Positions 48,086 through 60,117 of a stretch of DNA of 64,000 bases are shown here, piece after piece; the first letter of the stretch is position 1, and the number at the start of each line of letters is the position of its first letter. The notes beneath the pieces are model-generated. The model was not told the origin of the DNA and made no database searches. It worked only from the letters and a program-made list of their open reading frames with translations. Both the position numbers and the translations under genes were made by a program. The stretch is from Nemertoderma westbladi (lineage: Eukaryota > Animalia > Xenacoelomorpha): assembly GCA_032718475.1 (NCBI GenBank), contig JAUCBJ010008732.1, positions 1-64,000 of the forward strand, read 5' to 3'.

Positions 48086-48326
48086 AATCATAGTTCAATA
48101 ATGGAGTTCATAGCTCGTTCAATAATGGAGTTCATAGCTCGTTCAATAATGGAGTTCATAGCTCGTTCAATAATGGAGTTCATAGCTCGTTCAATAATGG
48201 AGTTCATAGCTCGTTCAATAATGGAGTTCATAGCTCGTTCAATAATGGAGTTCATAGCTCGTTCAATAATGGAGTTCATAGCTCGTTCAATAATGGAGTT
48301 CACAGCTAGTTCAATAATGGAGTTCA
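48086..48326. repeat. 24-bp minisatellite (ttcaataatggagttcatagctcg), about 10 units
   Basis: Near-perfect tandem repeat. Confidence 0.95.
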
Positions 48327-48727
48327 AGAATTTATTCTTTGAAGCTTATATGACAGAACGCTACAATCACTAAATTAGTAAAAATAAATTTCCAGAACAC
48401 CTCTTAAGTACTTTCCATTATTATTATTAAAGTGGATTTACACGATAACGTGACGGGTTTTTTTTATTTTTTTTATTGCATTTATACAATAGGCATAGGC
48501 CCTACATAATAAATACTACATCACAACACAATTATTTAAAATCACTTACAATATTTATGTACATTATTTACTTGTATTTAGCCATTGTAGGTTTAGTGTA
48601 AGACAATTTACTGTGCAGCTGTTGTTATAGTAACTGTAATGGATTGCATAGAAATGATATGAATTTTATTATTATTTATAAACATTAAAGTATTGAAGTT
48701 AATCATTAAGCATTCAATCATGAATCA

Positions 48728-49997
48728 AGTTAATGAGCAAACAGAAGTTAATGAACAAACAGAAGTTAATGAACAAACAGAAGTTAATTAGCAAACAGAA
48801 GTTAATGAGCAAACAGAAGTTAATGAGCAAACAGAAGTTAATGAGCAAACAGAAGTTAATGAGCAAACAGAAGTTAATGAGCAAACAGAAGTTAATGAGC
48901 AAACAGAAGTTAATGAGCAAATATAAGTTAATGAGCAAACAGAAGTTAATGAGCAAACATAAGTTAATGAGCAAACAGAAGTTAATGAGCAAACAGAAGT
49001 TAACGAACAAACAGAAGTTAATGAGCAAACAGAAGTTAGTGAGCAAACATAGAAGTTAATGAGCAAACAAAAGTTAATGAGCAAACAGAAGTTAATGAAC
49101 AAACAGAAGTTAATGAGCATACAGAAGTTAATGAGCAAACAGAAGTTAATGAGCAAACAAAAGTTAATGAGCAAACAGAAGTTAATGAGCAAACAGAAGT
49201 TAACGAACAAACAGAAGTTAATGAGCAAACAGAAGTTAGTGAGCAAACATAGAAGTTAATGAGCAAACAGAAGTTAGTGAGCAAACATAGAAGTTAATGA
49301 GCAAACAAAAGTTAATTAGCAAACAGAAGTTAATGAGCAAACATAAGTTAATGAGCAAACAGAAGTTAATGAGCAAACAGAAGTTAATGAGCAAACAGAA
49401 GTTAACGAACAAACAGAAGTTAATGAGCAAACAGAAGTTAGTGAGCAAACATAGAAGTTAATGAGCAAACAAAAGTTAATTAGCAAACAGAAGTTAATGA
49501 GCAAACAGAAGTTAGTGAGCAAACATAGAAGTTAATGAGCAAACAAAAGTTAATGAGCAAACAGAAGTTAATGAACAAACAGAAGTTAATGAGCATACAG
49601 AAGTTAATGAGCAAACAGAAGTTAATGAGCAAACAAAAGTTAATGAGCAAACAGAAGTTAATGAGCAAACAGAAGTTAATGAGCAAACAGAAGTTAGTGA
49701 GCAAACATAGAAGTTAATGAGCAAACAGAAGTTAGTGAGCAAACATAGAAGTTAATGAGCAAACAAAAGTTAATGAGCAAACAGAAGTTAATGAACAAAC
49801 AGAAGTTAATGAGCAAACAGAAGTTAATGAGCAAACAGAAGTTAATGAGCAAACAGAAGTTAATGAGCAAACAGAAGTAAATGAGCAATCATAAGTTAAT
49901 GAGCAAACAGAAGTTAATGAGCAAATATAAGTTAATTAATGAGCAAACAGAAGTTAATGAGCAAACAGAAGTTAATGAACAAACATAAGTTAATGAG
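48728..49997. repeat. 18-bp minisatellite, block 2 (about 70 units)
   Basis: Same unit as block 1, with a recurring 20-bp variant agttagtgagcaaacataga. Confidence 0.95.
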
Positions 49998-50826
49998 AAA
50001 ACGGGTGATATTAATTGGCTTTGGATATAATTGGCCAATAATATCCACATACAACCAGACAGACACTACACAGCAATGGAGTTATGCTGCGGCAATAGAG
50101 CATGCCTATTATAGTTGTATTAATATATACATTGTATACCGAAATTGACTACACGTATATACCGAAATTATTCCAGGGAGGTTTAATTTATAGTCCAGAC
50201 AATCTAGGCAAAAAGAGGTAACCAAAACTAATTCGCAATTCTTATTCCGTATCAATTTACATTATATTTTATATTATCTTGCGACAATCCCAAGAACAAG
50301 AATAAATATTATGTAGAATATTTAAATTATGCGGATCACTTCTATTTTACTTTTTTTTCCTCGCAATGTCTTTATCAGAGTTCAATAATGGAGTAAGCTA
50401 GTACAATAATGGAATCTTTGCAGCCTATATTACAGAAAGCTACAATCACTAAATTAGTAAAAATAAATTTCTAGAACACTTTTTAAGTATTTTCCATTAT
50501 TATTATTATTATTAAAATGGATTTACACGATAACGTGACGGGGTATTTTATTTTATTTTTTTTTATTGCAGTTATACAGTACTGTAGGTATAGCCCCACA
50601 TAATACGATAACACTATAACACAACACAATTATCTAAAATCATTAACAATATTCATGTACATATTTACTTGTATTTAGCCATTGTAGGTTTAGTGTAACA
50701 CTATTTATTTACTGTGCAGCTGTTGTTATAGTAACTGTAATCGATTGCATAAAAATGATATGAATTTCATTATTATTTATAAACATTCAAGTATTGAAGC
50801 TAATCATTAAAAGCATTCAATCATGC
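49989..50826. repeat. Diverged duplicate of 47711-48726
   Basis: Colinear similarity from gagaaaacgggtgatatta to gcattcaatcatg. Confidence 0.9.
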
Positions 50827-50860
50827 AAACAGATGGAAGGGAAGGGCGCTACTCCTCTAT

Positions 50861-50894
50861 TGTAAGCTCGGCGCTCAACCAACTGAGCTAGCCC
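50861..50894 (-). repeat. tRNA 5'-half-like fragment (SINE remnant)
   Basis: Sense gggctagctcagttggttgagcgccgagcttaca contains an A box / D-arm only. Confidence 0.4.
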
Positions 50895-52149
50895 CTCCCT
50901 CATTAGGAATAAAAAAGACAGTAAACATTCAGATCGCGAATAATTTGACATAATATAACAAAATTAACTACAAAATTGTGTGACAGGACACTATTCACTT
51001 TTCAGCGAATATGATTCTTGTTTATTTATGTAAACCTCCCTCGCTGCGCTCGCTCTGTAAATAAATACACTCGGGCCATAACGCTATAAAGATAACGATA
51101 TAAATAGGAGTCATTTTTTCTATTTTATTACCGTTTCATAAATAAATATATGGCTTTATTACCACATATACATGGATACATTAAACAAAACAACGGCAAC
51201 TTATTTTACTAACTAAAAATCGCGGACCTTCATCTATCATGCAATCTCACACATTTTTTAATTCCATCAATTAATAGCTAATAAAAAAACCCTTCTGTAC
51301 TGTTACTAGCGATGAGAGTGTGGAATAATTCCAGCACCACTGGAATTAGAAATATCATAATTGTAAATACAGTCATTGAGAAAAGTACAGTACAGTAGGT
51401 TCATGGAGTACATATTAAAATGGCTCAATAATGGCTTCCAATGGGAATTTAAATTAAAGAATCTTTCTTGATTTGCAATATATACACCATAACTACAAAC
51501 CAACCCTAACCAAACTGACCCAAATAGAAACCTAAGCCAAAACTAAACCAAACCACGTCTGGTACGATATGTTACAGTATTATATAAAATAATGTTACCT
51601 TCTCTTTTAATTTAACATATTTAGCTATTGGACTTTGAGAAGAACCATTCAGGCATTTAATTTGTTCTCCATGTACCCGTTGCCTTCATAAACAGTATTG
51701 ACTGATTACTGTAATAATGTATAATAAATACATTAATTTAAATACAATTAGATATAACCAAAACATTAATTATGAATTCCAGAGTTTGGTTTTAGTTCAG
51801 TTACATAGCAACTTAATGTTTTATATTTAATTAAATGATGCGGCATTTAGTATGACCAAAGCGCCAAACAACGGGCCACTATTTCCCTATTGTTTAACAG
51901 CCGCGTTGGGGATCTTTCTGATCGCGAGTGGCCAACACAGTTTAGATATATGAAACCTAAAGACGAGACAATTAACTCGAATGGCGGATGGTAGTTGAAG
52001 TGGTGAAAGGTACAGTAGTTCCTAACATACCGCAATGGGCTTCTGAGCTTGATCTCTGTTTGGTTTAAACAGGTTTAGTAGGATCGATCTCAGAAGGGGT
52101 CTGACCACGAACTAGTGTCTGTTGAACTGTCGGACTTCTTTGAAGACAT

Positions 52150-52770
52150 AAACTGTAGCTGTGAACAACTGTCAGCACGGGAGAATCAGAATGATACATC
52201 TATTAAATCTATTTGAATATTATTCTATGAAACCCACAGATGGAATCCGAGATGAAGAGAGTGATATATTCAGTAGAGTTTAGGTCCAGATGATGTAACA
52301 GAAACGGAATTAGCAGCGGCTATGAGTAATCTTAAATCAGAAAATCCTATATAGTTATGTCGCCCAGCATGAGCTGTTCTTACCGCTTCCTGGAAACTCG
52401 TAACTAAAAGAAGCTTCGTAACTAAGAAGGAAGTAGACCTATTGAGACAGCCTGAAGGACTCTAGCAAAATTCCGATGCTCATCGCACGACCTGTACACA
52501 GGGCGATATGGTGTCAGATTACGAGATCCGAAAGAATTTGCGTTTTAATGTGCGCGAAATTAAAGACGAGTTGCACTTCGCCCTCGTTTGTCCCAAATAC
52601 TCTGAACTCCGCACCAATATATATTGACCCATGGTTTTACCTCCGTCCTTATTCTTACAAATTCAATCTTCTGTTGTCTAACAATTTCACAGGCCACCAC
52701 CTAAATAAATTGGCTCTATTTATATTCTATGCATTCAAATATCGTTCAGAATCTTTAGAAGGATAGGATA
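52150..52770 (+). pseudogene. Degraded non-LTR retrotransposon ORF2 remnants
   Basis: VTETELAAAMSNLK (pre-RT region) and a C-terminal knuckle region ERIC...DELHFALVCPKYSELR...KFNLLL..LNKLALFIFYAFKYR, spread across frames. Confidence 0.6.
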
Positions 52771-53427
52771 TTTACGTAAACGAAACATAAACATATTAAG
52801 GAGTGAGCATTTACTCAATAATGGTTCTGTGTAATAAACCGCGTAAACTCCCGGTGGCTTTAGCTTTGGTTATTGTCGCCGCCCCGTAAATTGTATTACA
52901 TTATATTTTTTTATACTAATTTACTCGAAACTAAAATGCACCATATTGTGTGTCAATAAATATACGTGACGGTTTAATCATCCGGTATAATTTACCATAA
53001 TTCTGTTATTGTGTTTGCGTTGAAATGAAAATAAACATTAAGGGTCAGTACCCTTACAGTAAGGTCATTAAGGGTTTGTACCAGTGAAATGGTTAGAGTA
53101 AAAGTGGTAAGACGTTTCAAATCTGGGAATATAATTTTATGTGGAAATTTGTGAAAATATCATGCATACTTATGATTTTCGTCTAAATTATCGTTTGATT
53201 CTCTGAGGAAGGAAGGAATTCGCGGAACATATATACTTTTATATATATACTTTATATATACTTTATATGCTTTATGTATTACGATTATTAATTGATTATG
53301 CAATATTTAAAAGCAGTGTTATGTTCTATACGATGTATAATCTTTATGTGCTATCCAATATAATACGTTATTATATGACGATACCTCGATGTTGAAATAG
53401 TAACTGAATATGCGACATACTAACTAA

Positions 53428-53655
53428 GGCCGCGTTCACACTACTGAGTCTAAGTCAAAAGAAAGAAAAAAAATTTAGCTAGCAATAATGAATAATAATC
53501 ATATAGGCCCAAGGCGTTCTAGAACTAGTTCTAGAACGCTTTGTATAGGTCTAATATAATACGTAAGGGCATTCTAGAATCAATTTAATTTCATGTTTTG
53601 TGTTTTACATTTTGTCTTTTGACTTTGACTTTGTCTCGGTAGTGTGAACGCGGCC
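53428..53655. mobile_element. PIF/Harbinger-like MITE (228 bp)
   Basis: TIRs GGCCGCGTTCACACTAC / GTAGTGTGAACGCGGCC flanked by ctaa and ttag, with an internal palindrome gcgttctagaactagttctagaacgc. Confidence 0.8.
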
Positions 53656-53921
53656 TTAGGTGCCTTAAGGTAAACATTAGCGCCACCCCAACAAACTACA
53701 AAAAAAACGCACAATCAGGACATTGAGCCCAAAAATTACGCGGATTCAGGACATTAAGCCCAAAAATAACGTTGAGCCAATACGGCTATCGAAAAAACAA
53801 AACGAACAACATGATCAACCCACTTGTATCGCAACCCCAAACCTAAAACCTAACTGCCAAATACCAAAGTTTATCAGTAAAACTGTACTAATGCTATTAT
53901 TTCACCTAACTAACGTTATTT

Positions 53922-54398
53922 CAGCAGTTACTCCGCAATTGTTTTTCAACCTTATAATGAATGATTTGTTGGTACTGTTAGAAAGCTGGTCGTGCAAGGA
54001 TACAAAATATGTAACAAAATCCAAATTGCGTGAAAAATTGCTGCTGAGATATGAGCGTTCAAAAGTGGCATGGTTATGCACCTCTGGGGGCTATTTTATT
54101 AGATTAATAAATTAAAACACCATATTCTAGAACATTTTGTTTTTGTATGAATAGCTACGCAATAGTATGATTAAAGAGGCATTGCATTGTTGCCCAACTT
54201 CGTATTTGGATAAACAAAATGTTCCAGAATATGGTGTATCTATTAAATATAATAAATTGCTTGCATAGGAAGCAACTTTCGAATGCCAATATATCAGCTA
54301 TTTTCAAACTCAACAATGTTTTTACACATTTGGAATCCTTGCACAGTCAGCTTTCATTGCTGCAAACAGATCACCATAAGATTGAATAATAACTGCAG
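53922..54398. mobile_element. Old foldback/palindromic MITE
   Basis: The arms are imperfect inverted repeats, e.g. caccatattctagaacattttgttt / aaacaaaatgttccagaatatggtg and gaaagctggtcgtgcaaggat / atccttgcacagtcagctttc. Confidence 0.6.
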
Positions 54399-54424
54399 TA
54401 CGAGTGTACGACACACTATCTGTT

Positions 54425-55821
54425 GTTAAGGACCCATATACTTGGCTGCAGGGGTATATGGCCTGACCAGGCAGATGATGATCTACCAATGGCTGGTCAG
54501 GAGTAGAGTGTTCTCATGTCCACTCTGAGAGCACTTCACTGCGACCTGCACCTGGCAGCAGGGATACAGGGCATGGCCCAGCAGATTAGCTGCACAGCCA
54601 ATGGTGGGTCATGTGCGTCAGAGTAGGTATGGGTGATGGGCCTCATATCTGACTCCACTGCGACACCCACCCTGTGGAATGGCAAACCCGGGTGTGGTAT
54701 TTGCCCCGAGAGCTGAATCGGCAAAAAAGCACCCCCAACCCCCACTATGGATTGCATTAGTAATGCGGAGGTCTGGCCACTAGAGGCCAGTGGAATTACC
54801 GGACACAATCGGCCTCACAGGCGTCAGTTAACTGCTGACCGGCTGCCTGTCTCACCCCCTACTGGAGAGAGAGCGGCCAACAATTCTTTGAGACCCTTTC
54901 CTGATGACCTTTCTGGCCCAAACCCTGTGTCACCAGGGAGGCCAGATTGTGATGGGGAGAGGGACTCTGGAGTTGGGGGCTACTCATTTTCCACCCCGAA
55001 CAACAAAGCCATTGGTGAATCTGAGGCAAGTCACTAGACTAGCCTCAGTAAACACCCTAACACTCGGGTCCCCAATGCGACAAGGTGAGCTGACTGCCTT
55101 GGCAGGTAAGCTTTCTCTTAGCGCAGGGTATTCAAGAGCACCGAATGCAGACTGGACAGACTGATGATGGGGGGCGGTTGGCGACTCACCCCTGCATCAG
55201 CAGATGATGGTGGCAATGGTGGAATTGGACTATTAATGAATGCAACTGCACATACAGCATTGGACAAAATAGAACAAATCTCTAACCGCATCATCCTTTG
55301 CCACTTCTCATGTTCTGGAAGACTGGCTAAGAAGTTTCCTTGGTTCTGATTGTGTGCTACTCTCCAACTTGTGTTGCCCCTGTAGAGGAGGTAGAAAATT
55401 TATACCACAATCTACAAGCAGCTACTGATGAAGTAGATCAGCATGCATTCTTAACATTCCTGAGTGACTTCAATGCAAGTCTGGATCAATCACCTACATC
55501 GCCTTAGGTCTATAGCTATAGTGTTAACCGAAATTCCGTCCATCTTCAGGATTTTATCTCTGAAAATGGATTGTTTTCAGCTGGGACCCAGTACAAGAAG
55601 CGAACTGGAAAGCTATGGACTCATAGTGGACCCAGTGGTCGGTCACAAGTCCCAGATAGACCATATTCTGTTTCCTAGGAAATACAGGAGTTGTTTACAA
55701 GACTGTAATGCATTTACACTTCGACCTTTCTCCAGTGATCACCGCCTTATTGTGGCCAAGGTAAGACTTAGTCTGCGTGCTAGCAGAACAAAGAAATCTG
55801 CCTTGCCGCGGCATAACTGGT
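54425..55821 (+). mobile_element. 5' part of an RTE-clade LINE (structured 5' UTR plus frameshifted AP endonuclease), cut by the BEL-4 insertion
   Basis: APE motifs RLASVNTLTL, GGIGLLM, VCYSPT, SDFNA, SQIDHIL and SSDHRL. The UTR motif ggaatggcaaacc..gtatttgcc resembles RTE/BovB 5' UTRs. Confidence 0.82.
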
Positions 55822-56374
55822 TGTGACGGGATCCAAGAAGGATCCCGGTTTATCCGGTTTGTCAATTCACGCGTCCCCGCCTTGTGTGGAAGATAAAAGA
55901 GTTTACGATGTTCGTTGTATATAATGTTCGGGATATGTATAGTATAGATATAGATAATGGATAAGATAAATATTGTTGTACGCGGAAGGCGGGAAACTGT
56001 AATTGAAATCCCGGTACTTCCCTAGCTAAACTATTGCTACTGTAACACCAATAACACTGAGATAACTGAATGAGATGATTACTGCCAACTGGTTATATTG
56101 CACGGGTTGGCCTTGTTACTGTACCTAACCGATGCCTTTCCCCCTGATTGGCTAATATCCCTGTTGGCACCCTTTGCCCCCCTCTGAAGTGCTTCCCTTC
56201 GCCCTTGCTATTCTCTCTCTGTCAGGGGTATGGCCCCTGACCCCTATTGTGTGTTTCTCCTTCCCACTTTGTTGGGGTGACACGAGGTTGATATTGGTAA
56301 TCAACCTCGTGCTCCCAATATCGCTTAACGGTTGACTTTATGGGTTTGTGTTAGCGGAATTGGATAAGCTAACA
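55822..56374 (-). repeat. Putative 3' LTR of BEL-4 (553 bp)
   Basis: Sense TGTTAG...GTCACA, preceded by the PPT GGGGGGGAG (56375-56383) and ending exactly where the RTE coding sequence breaks. The second LTR is not in the window. Confidence 0.75.
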
Positions 56375-57075
56375 CTCCCCCCCATGCTATCTTCCCGGTG
56401 AGAAGATAGCATCCACCTCAAGTGCGCTACAATTCCGCTGGATCCCGATCTATTATCGGGTGTGGGGTGGATCTATTTTCTTTCGGAGCCGGCTTTCCAG
56501 GCCGCTCCCTATGGGTATGATATCGCTACCCGTTTTGCCTGGCGTCCCATGTCGGGCCGATCGTGCGCTCCTCACACGACTTTTGTTTCCCCAACACTTC
56601 GCCACTTTAACTCTACTCTGTTCTCACCCTGACTCTCCTCTACTTCTCCTCACTACCGCTCTAACTCTCGGACTTCCCTGTCCCTCACTCAGCCTCTTAT
56701 TCCTCCCACACACTTGAATTGCATTCGCACTCTCTCTGCACTCTGCACTATCACCTCTACTCGACCTCCCTTTGACTACCCCATCCCTTCTGACGAATCT
56801 CACTCCCCCTTTGTGCCGTCGCACTCAAGAAATGTGAAGTCGTCTGGTGTCTCGTCCATAGTACCATAGTCAGTTAGCCCCCCAGTCCCAGTAGCTAATT
56901 GAGAAAGGTTGAATGACTATAGTACTTACTTCGAACGTATATTTCATTGCTAAACTACTGATTACTACGTACGTACATATAATTGCACTTATTTAATTAT
57001 TTGCATCAGTTTGAATTTGTACTTAATAGTTCGTACGTCCCACGTGGCGCCTTCCAGGCGTACCACATTGAAGTC

Positions 57076-59641
57076 TCAGTTCATCCCCCCTGACTTTGGG
57101 AACCACCTCAAGTCTTTCCCTTTGCCGTCCTCCTCCCTGGGTCGTTTCCTGGTCACTACCGCTCCTCTGGGATCCGCTTTCTGTCTTCGGACCCTCGCCG
57201 CCACCTCCTTACTGATCCCGGTCGTTGGCTCCCTGGGTGCTGGTGTTATCAGCTCCCGATATCGCTTCGCGGGTGGCCCCTCCAAGTGGCCCTGTTGTCT
57301 CCCCCTGGTGGCGTCCCATATGATCATCTTCATTGCCCGCGGCACGTGCTCCGCCAGGAAATCCCTAAACTCCCCTCGGTTCTGTGGCGTCCACCTGTCC
57401 AAATACCTTTGTGTATTCATCACCCCGAGCATACGACGCCGCCGTTGCTACCTCTTGATAGGTAAACGGTAGCCTCCGCTTTATGATTTCCATGTGAGCC
57501 TCCTGATTGATGAGGAAGAAACCCCACTTGAACTCCTGGGCCTTCATGCGCTGGCGCGTCATGGCCCCGACGTCGGCCCACTCCTCGAATCTTCTGAACT
57601 TCTCTTCGTCGTCCATCCAGTCGCACTGGCGTCCGTAGTGTCCCCGAAAGTTGCACTTCGGACATCGGTTATGCAACCGTGGACACGCCCCCATCCTGTG
57701 GCTCGACTCGCGGCAGTAGAGACAAAAGGTTCCCTTTTGGAACCGGTACAAACAGCTCCTTTCCTGGTGGGTCTGTCTCCCACAGTAGTCGCAACCGAGT
57801 ACCAATGTCTCCCGCCCCACGTCGTCTTTCGTCCCAAGCGATCTCCGCGGTCTGTGGAGTCGCTGGTAGGCGAACTTCTGCACGTTAGTGTCCCTGTCTA
57901 CGTCGATCTCTCCGCCCCTCTCGGGCATCGTCTCCCCGAATACTACCCGTGGTGCCGTCCCCGGTTGCTCGCCCAACCTGATAGTGCTCCCCGCGAAATC
58001 CATCGCCGGCTCCTCGTGCACCCAGGCCCGCTTGCCGGGTCTATCCCAGAAGGCCCTCGCCCCACTGGCCGTCACCACCCTCCCGCCAACCCAGTCCGTG
58101 TCCGAGTGGCCAATCCTCTCGATGGGCGGCACCCCTCCGAACTCGTCGTCGTCTTCCTCCTCCTCTGGCAGTGGCTCCAACCCCGGTATCCCGATGGATC
58201 CACTATGTCCCTTCCCGCCTTGGCTCTCGCCCGTAGCTCTCCATCCCTCTAGCTCCCTTAACTTCCTTGGCGGTTGGTCGCCTTCGGCGCCCGCTGGTAT
58301 GGGCATCGCTTGCAACCCCGACGTCGACTGTTTCGGCGATCCCACCGTCCATCCCAATTCTCGCCCTAGAGACTCCCCCGAACTCCCTGATGAAGTCCAA
58401 CGAAGTTCGTCTAAGCCTGCCTGTTCCTCGAAGCCGTAACTCTGCGTCCTGGCCTCCTCCTCCCTCTCCTCTGCTTCTATCCTCTCCCGTCTAGCGACTT
58501 CCTCCAGTCGCTTTGCCTCTCGTCTATCCGCCTCTAGCTGCTCCCATCTCTGATACGGCGTATCTGTCTCCCCGTCTATCAGATGTCGGCTGTTGTAGTA
58601 CACCGACTCGCCCTTCAGCCCCGGGTGGTCTACCAGACCGTCGAAGGCCGTCTTAAAGGCTCTCCTGTAGCTTAGGGGTGATCCCGATAACAGAAATGCC
58701 GCTGGTTCCCTCTCGATAACCACGGTCATGAATAAGTTAAGCAAACTTATCATCATCCAATCTTCCTGCAGGATATATCGCTTCTGATATACCTTTATCG
58801 CTCCTCTGCGGAATTGATATACCTCTTGCCTTCCCGGTCTCGCTCCCCACTTTAGCGAGTTCGCTAGTTCTGCTCCGTATTCCTCCCTGAACTTCCCCCA
58901 GTCCATCGGTTTGTGGCATACGAGCCCCAATAGCTGGCCCATTGCCACCGCCCCGCATTGGCCTGTGTTCCCGACTACCCCCAACCCATCTGGTGCCGTC
59001 ATAGCCATGAAGACCTTCTGCATATCCAGGAGGTTGGTGGCGTCCGGACCGATGATTCTCTCCGCGTCCTCGCGAATCGCCGATCCCTCCTTCGTCGTCG
59101 ACTTCTCTCTTACCAAGACTTGCACCGCTTTCGGCAACCGGTTTAATTTCGGCCCGTCCTTCTTCCCATACGTTCCTAGATCGAATAAGAAAATGTCCCC
59201 ATTTGGCGCGGCCAAATGTAGGAGTATGGTCCTGGCCGACCCCGCTGATCCTCGTCTCGAACCCTCATCGTCTTCCACGGTTCCCTCGTCGTCTAGGATC
59301 ATATATCCTCCCCTGTTGACGGACTCTATGAATCTCTTCACATCCTTCTTCGGCGACTCCCTCGGGTACTTCGGAATCCCGAACTTCGCCTAGTCCCCTT
59401 TCACCACGTAGTGGAAGTGTTGGAAGATCGCGTTGTCCAGCGACGGCGTCCCGTAGGTCCCGACCAGCCGCTGTTCGTGCATCTCCCGGAAGTGGTCCTG
59501 CAGCACTCGTGCCGCGTGACCCTTTTCCAACCTCTCGTAGTACCCTCTCGTCTTCTCTTCCGGATGCCTCTTGGTGAAATCCACCAGTATCTCCTTTCCT
59601 CCTGACTCCGCCTTTCTCTTTCTGATCAGTTTTCCCGCCAT
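57076..59641 (-). pseudogene. BEL-4 extra ORF (~850 aa reconstructed): DEDDy 3'-5' exonuclease-like domain, acidic linker and triple zinc knuckle
   Basis: ORFs 59390-59686 and 57365-59341 are in frame, separated by one TAG. ORF 57076-57432 continues after a probable frameshift at ~57435. Motifs: YMILDDEG, LLHLAAPNGDIFLFDL, KEGSAIREDAERI, QKRYILQED; CDYC..H..C, CLYC..H..CP, CPKCNFRGH..C. Confidence 0.8.
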
Positions 59642-60117
59642 TTCGAACTCCTCCGATCGCTCACCTATAAGGTGGTGCCTTACCAAGGCGCAATATAAAT
59701 GAGTGATGCAGTTAGGATGGTCTGTACGGTCCGATAATGGCCTATTTTCTATCTAACTACGCCCTTTTTAGCCTAATTTCTGTTACTTAATTTTGTAGCT
59801 AACAAATGTACCTTATTTGCAATTTCTGTCCGTTGCTTTAATTATGTTCCAGAATAATTTCCCTCCTGTTACCATAATTTGTAATTTTCTTAGCCCTATT
59901 TTATTCTATTTTTTATTTCTAATCTATTTCTACTATTTACTGTTTATGGATTATTCTATTTCATAATCCACATTCTGACCTACACTGTGGGCCTGTGCAG
60001 TACAGCAGTATATGTCGCGTGGCCTACACGATCTATCCAACTGTACTCATATGCCCCCCTCTCGCTACTAACTACTAACTAATATCTATACTATGTATAC
60101 CCTTCTACCTCTCTCTC

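Noticed and set aside
47433-49997. CRISPR-like array, or MSKQKL / LLINFC / SIIERAMN repeat proteins
   Set aside because: These are head-to-tail repeats without unique spacers, there are no cas genes, the context is eukaryotic, and 20-bp variants break the frame.
57365-59341. Extra ORF as an envelope gene
   Set aside because: It has no signal peptide or TM anchor; the motifs are nuclease- and knuckle-like.
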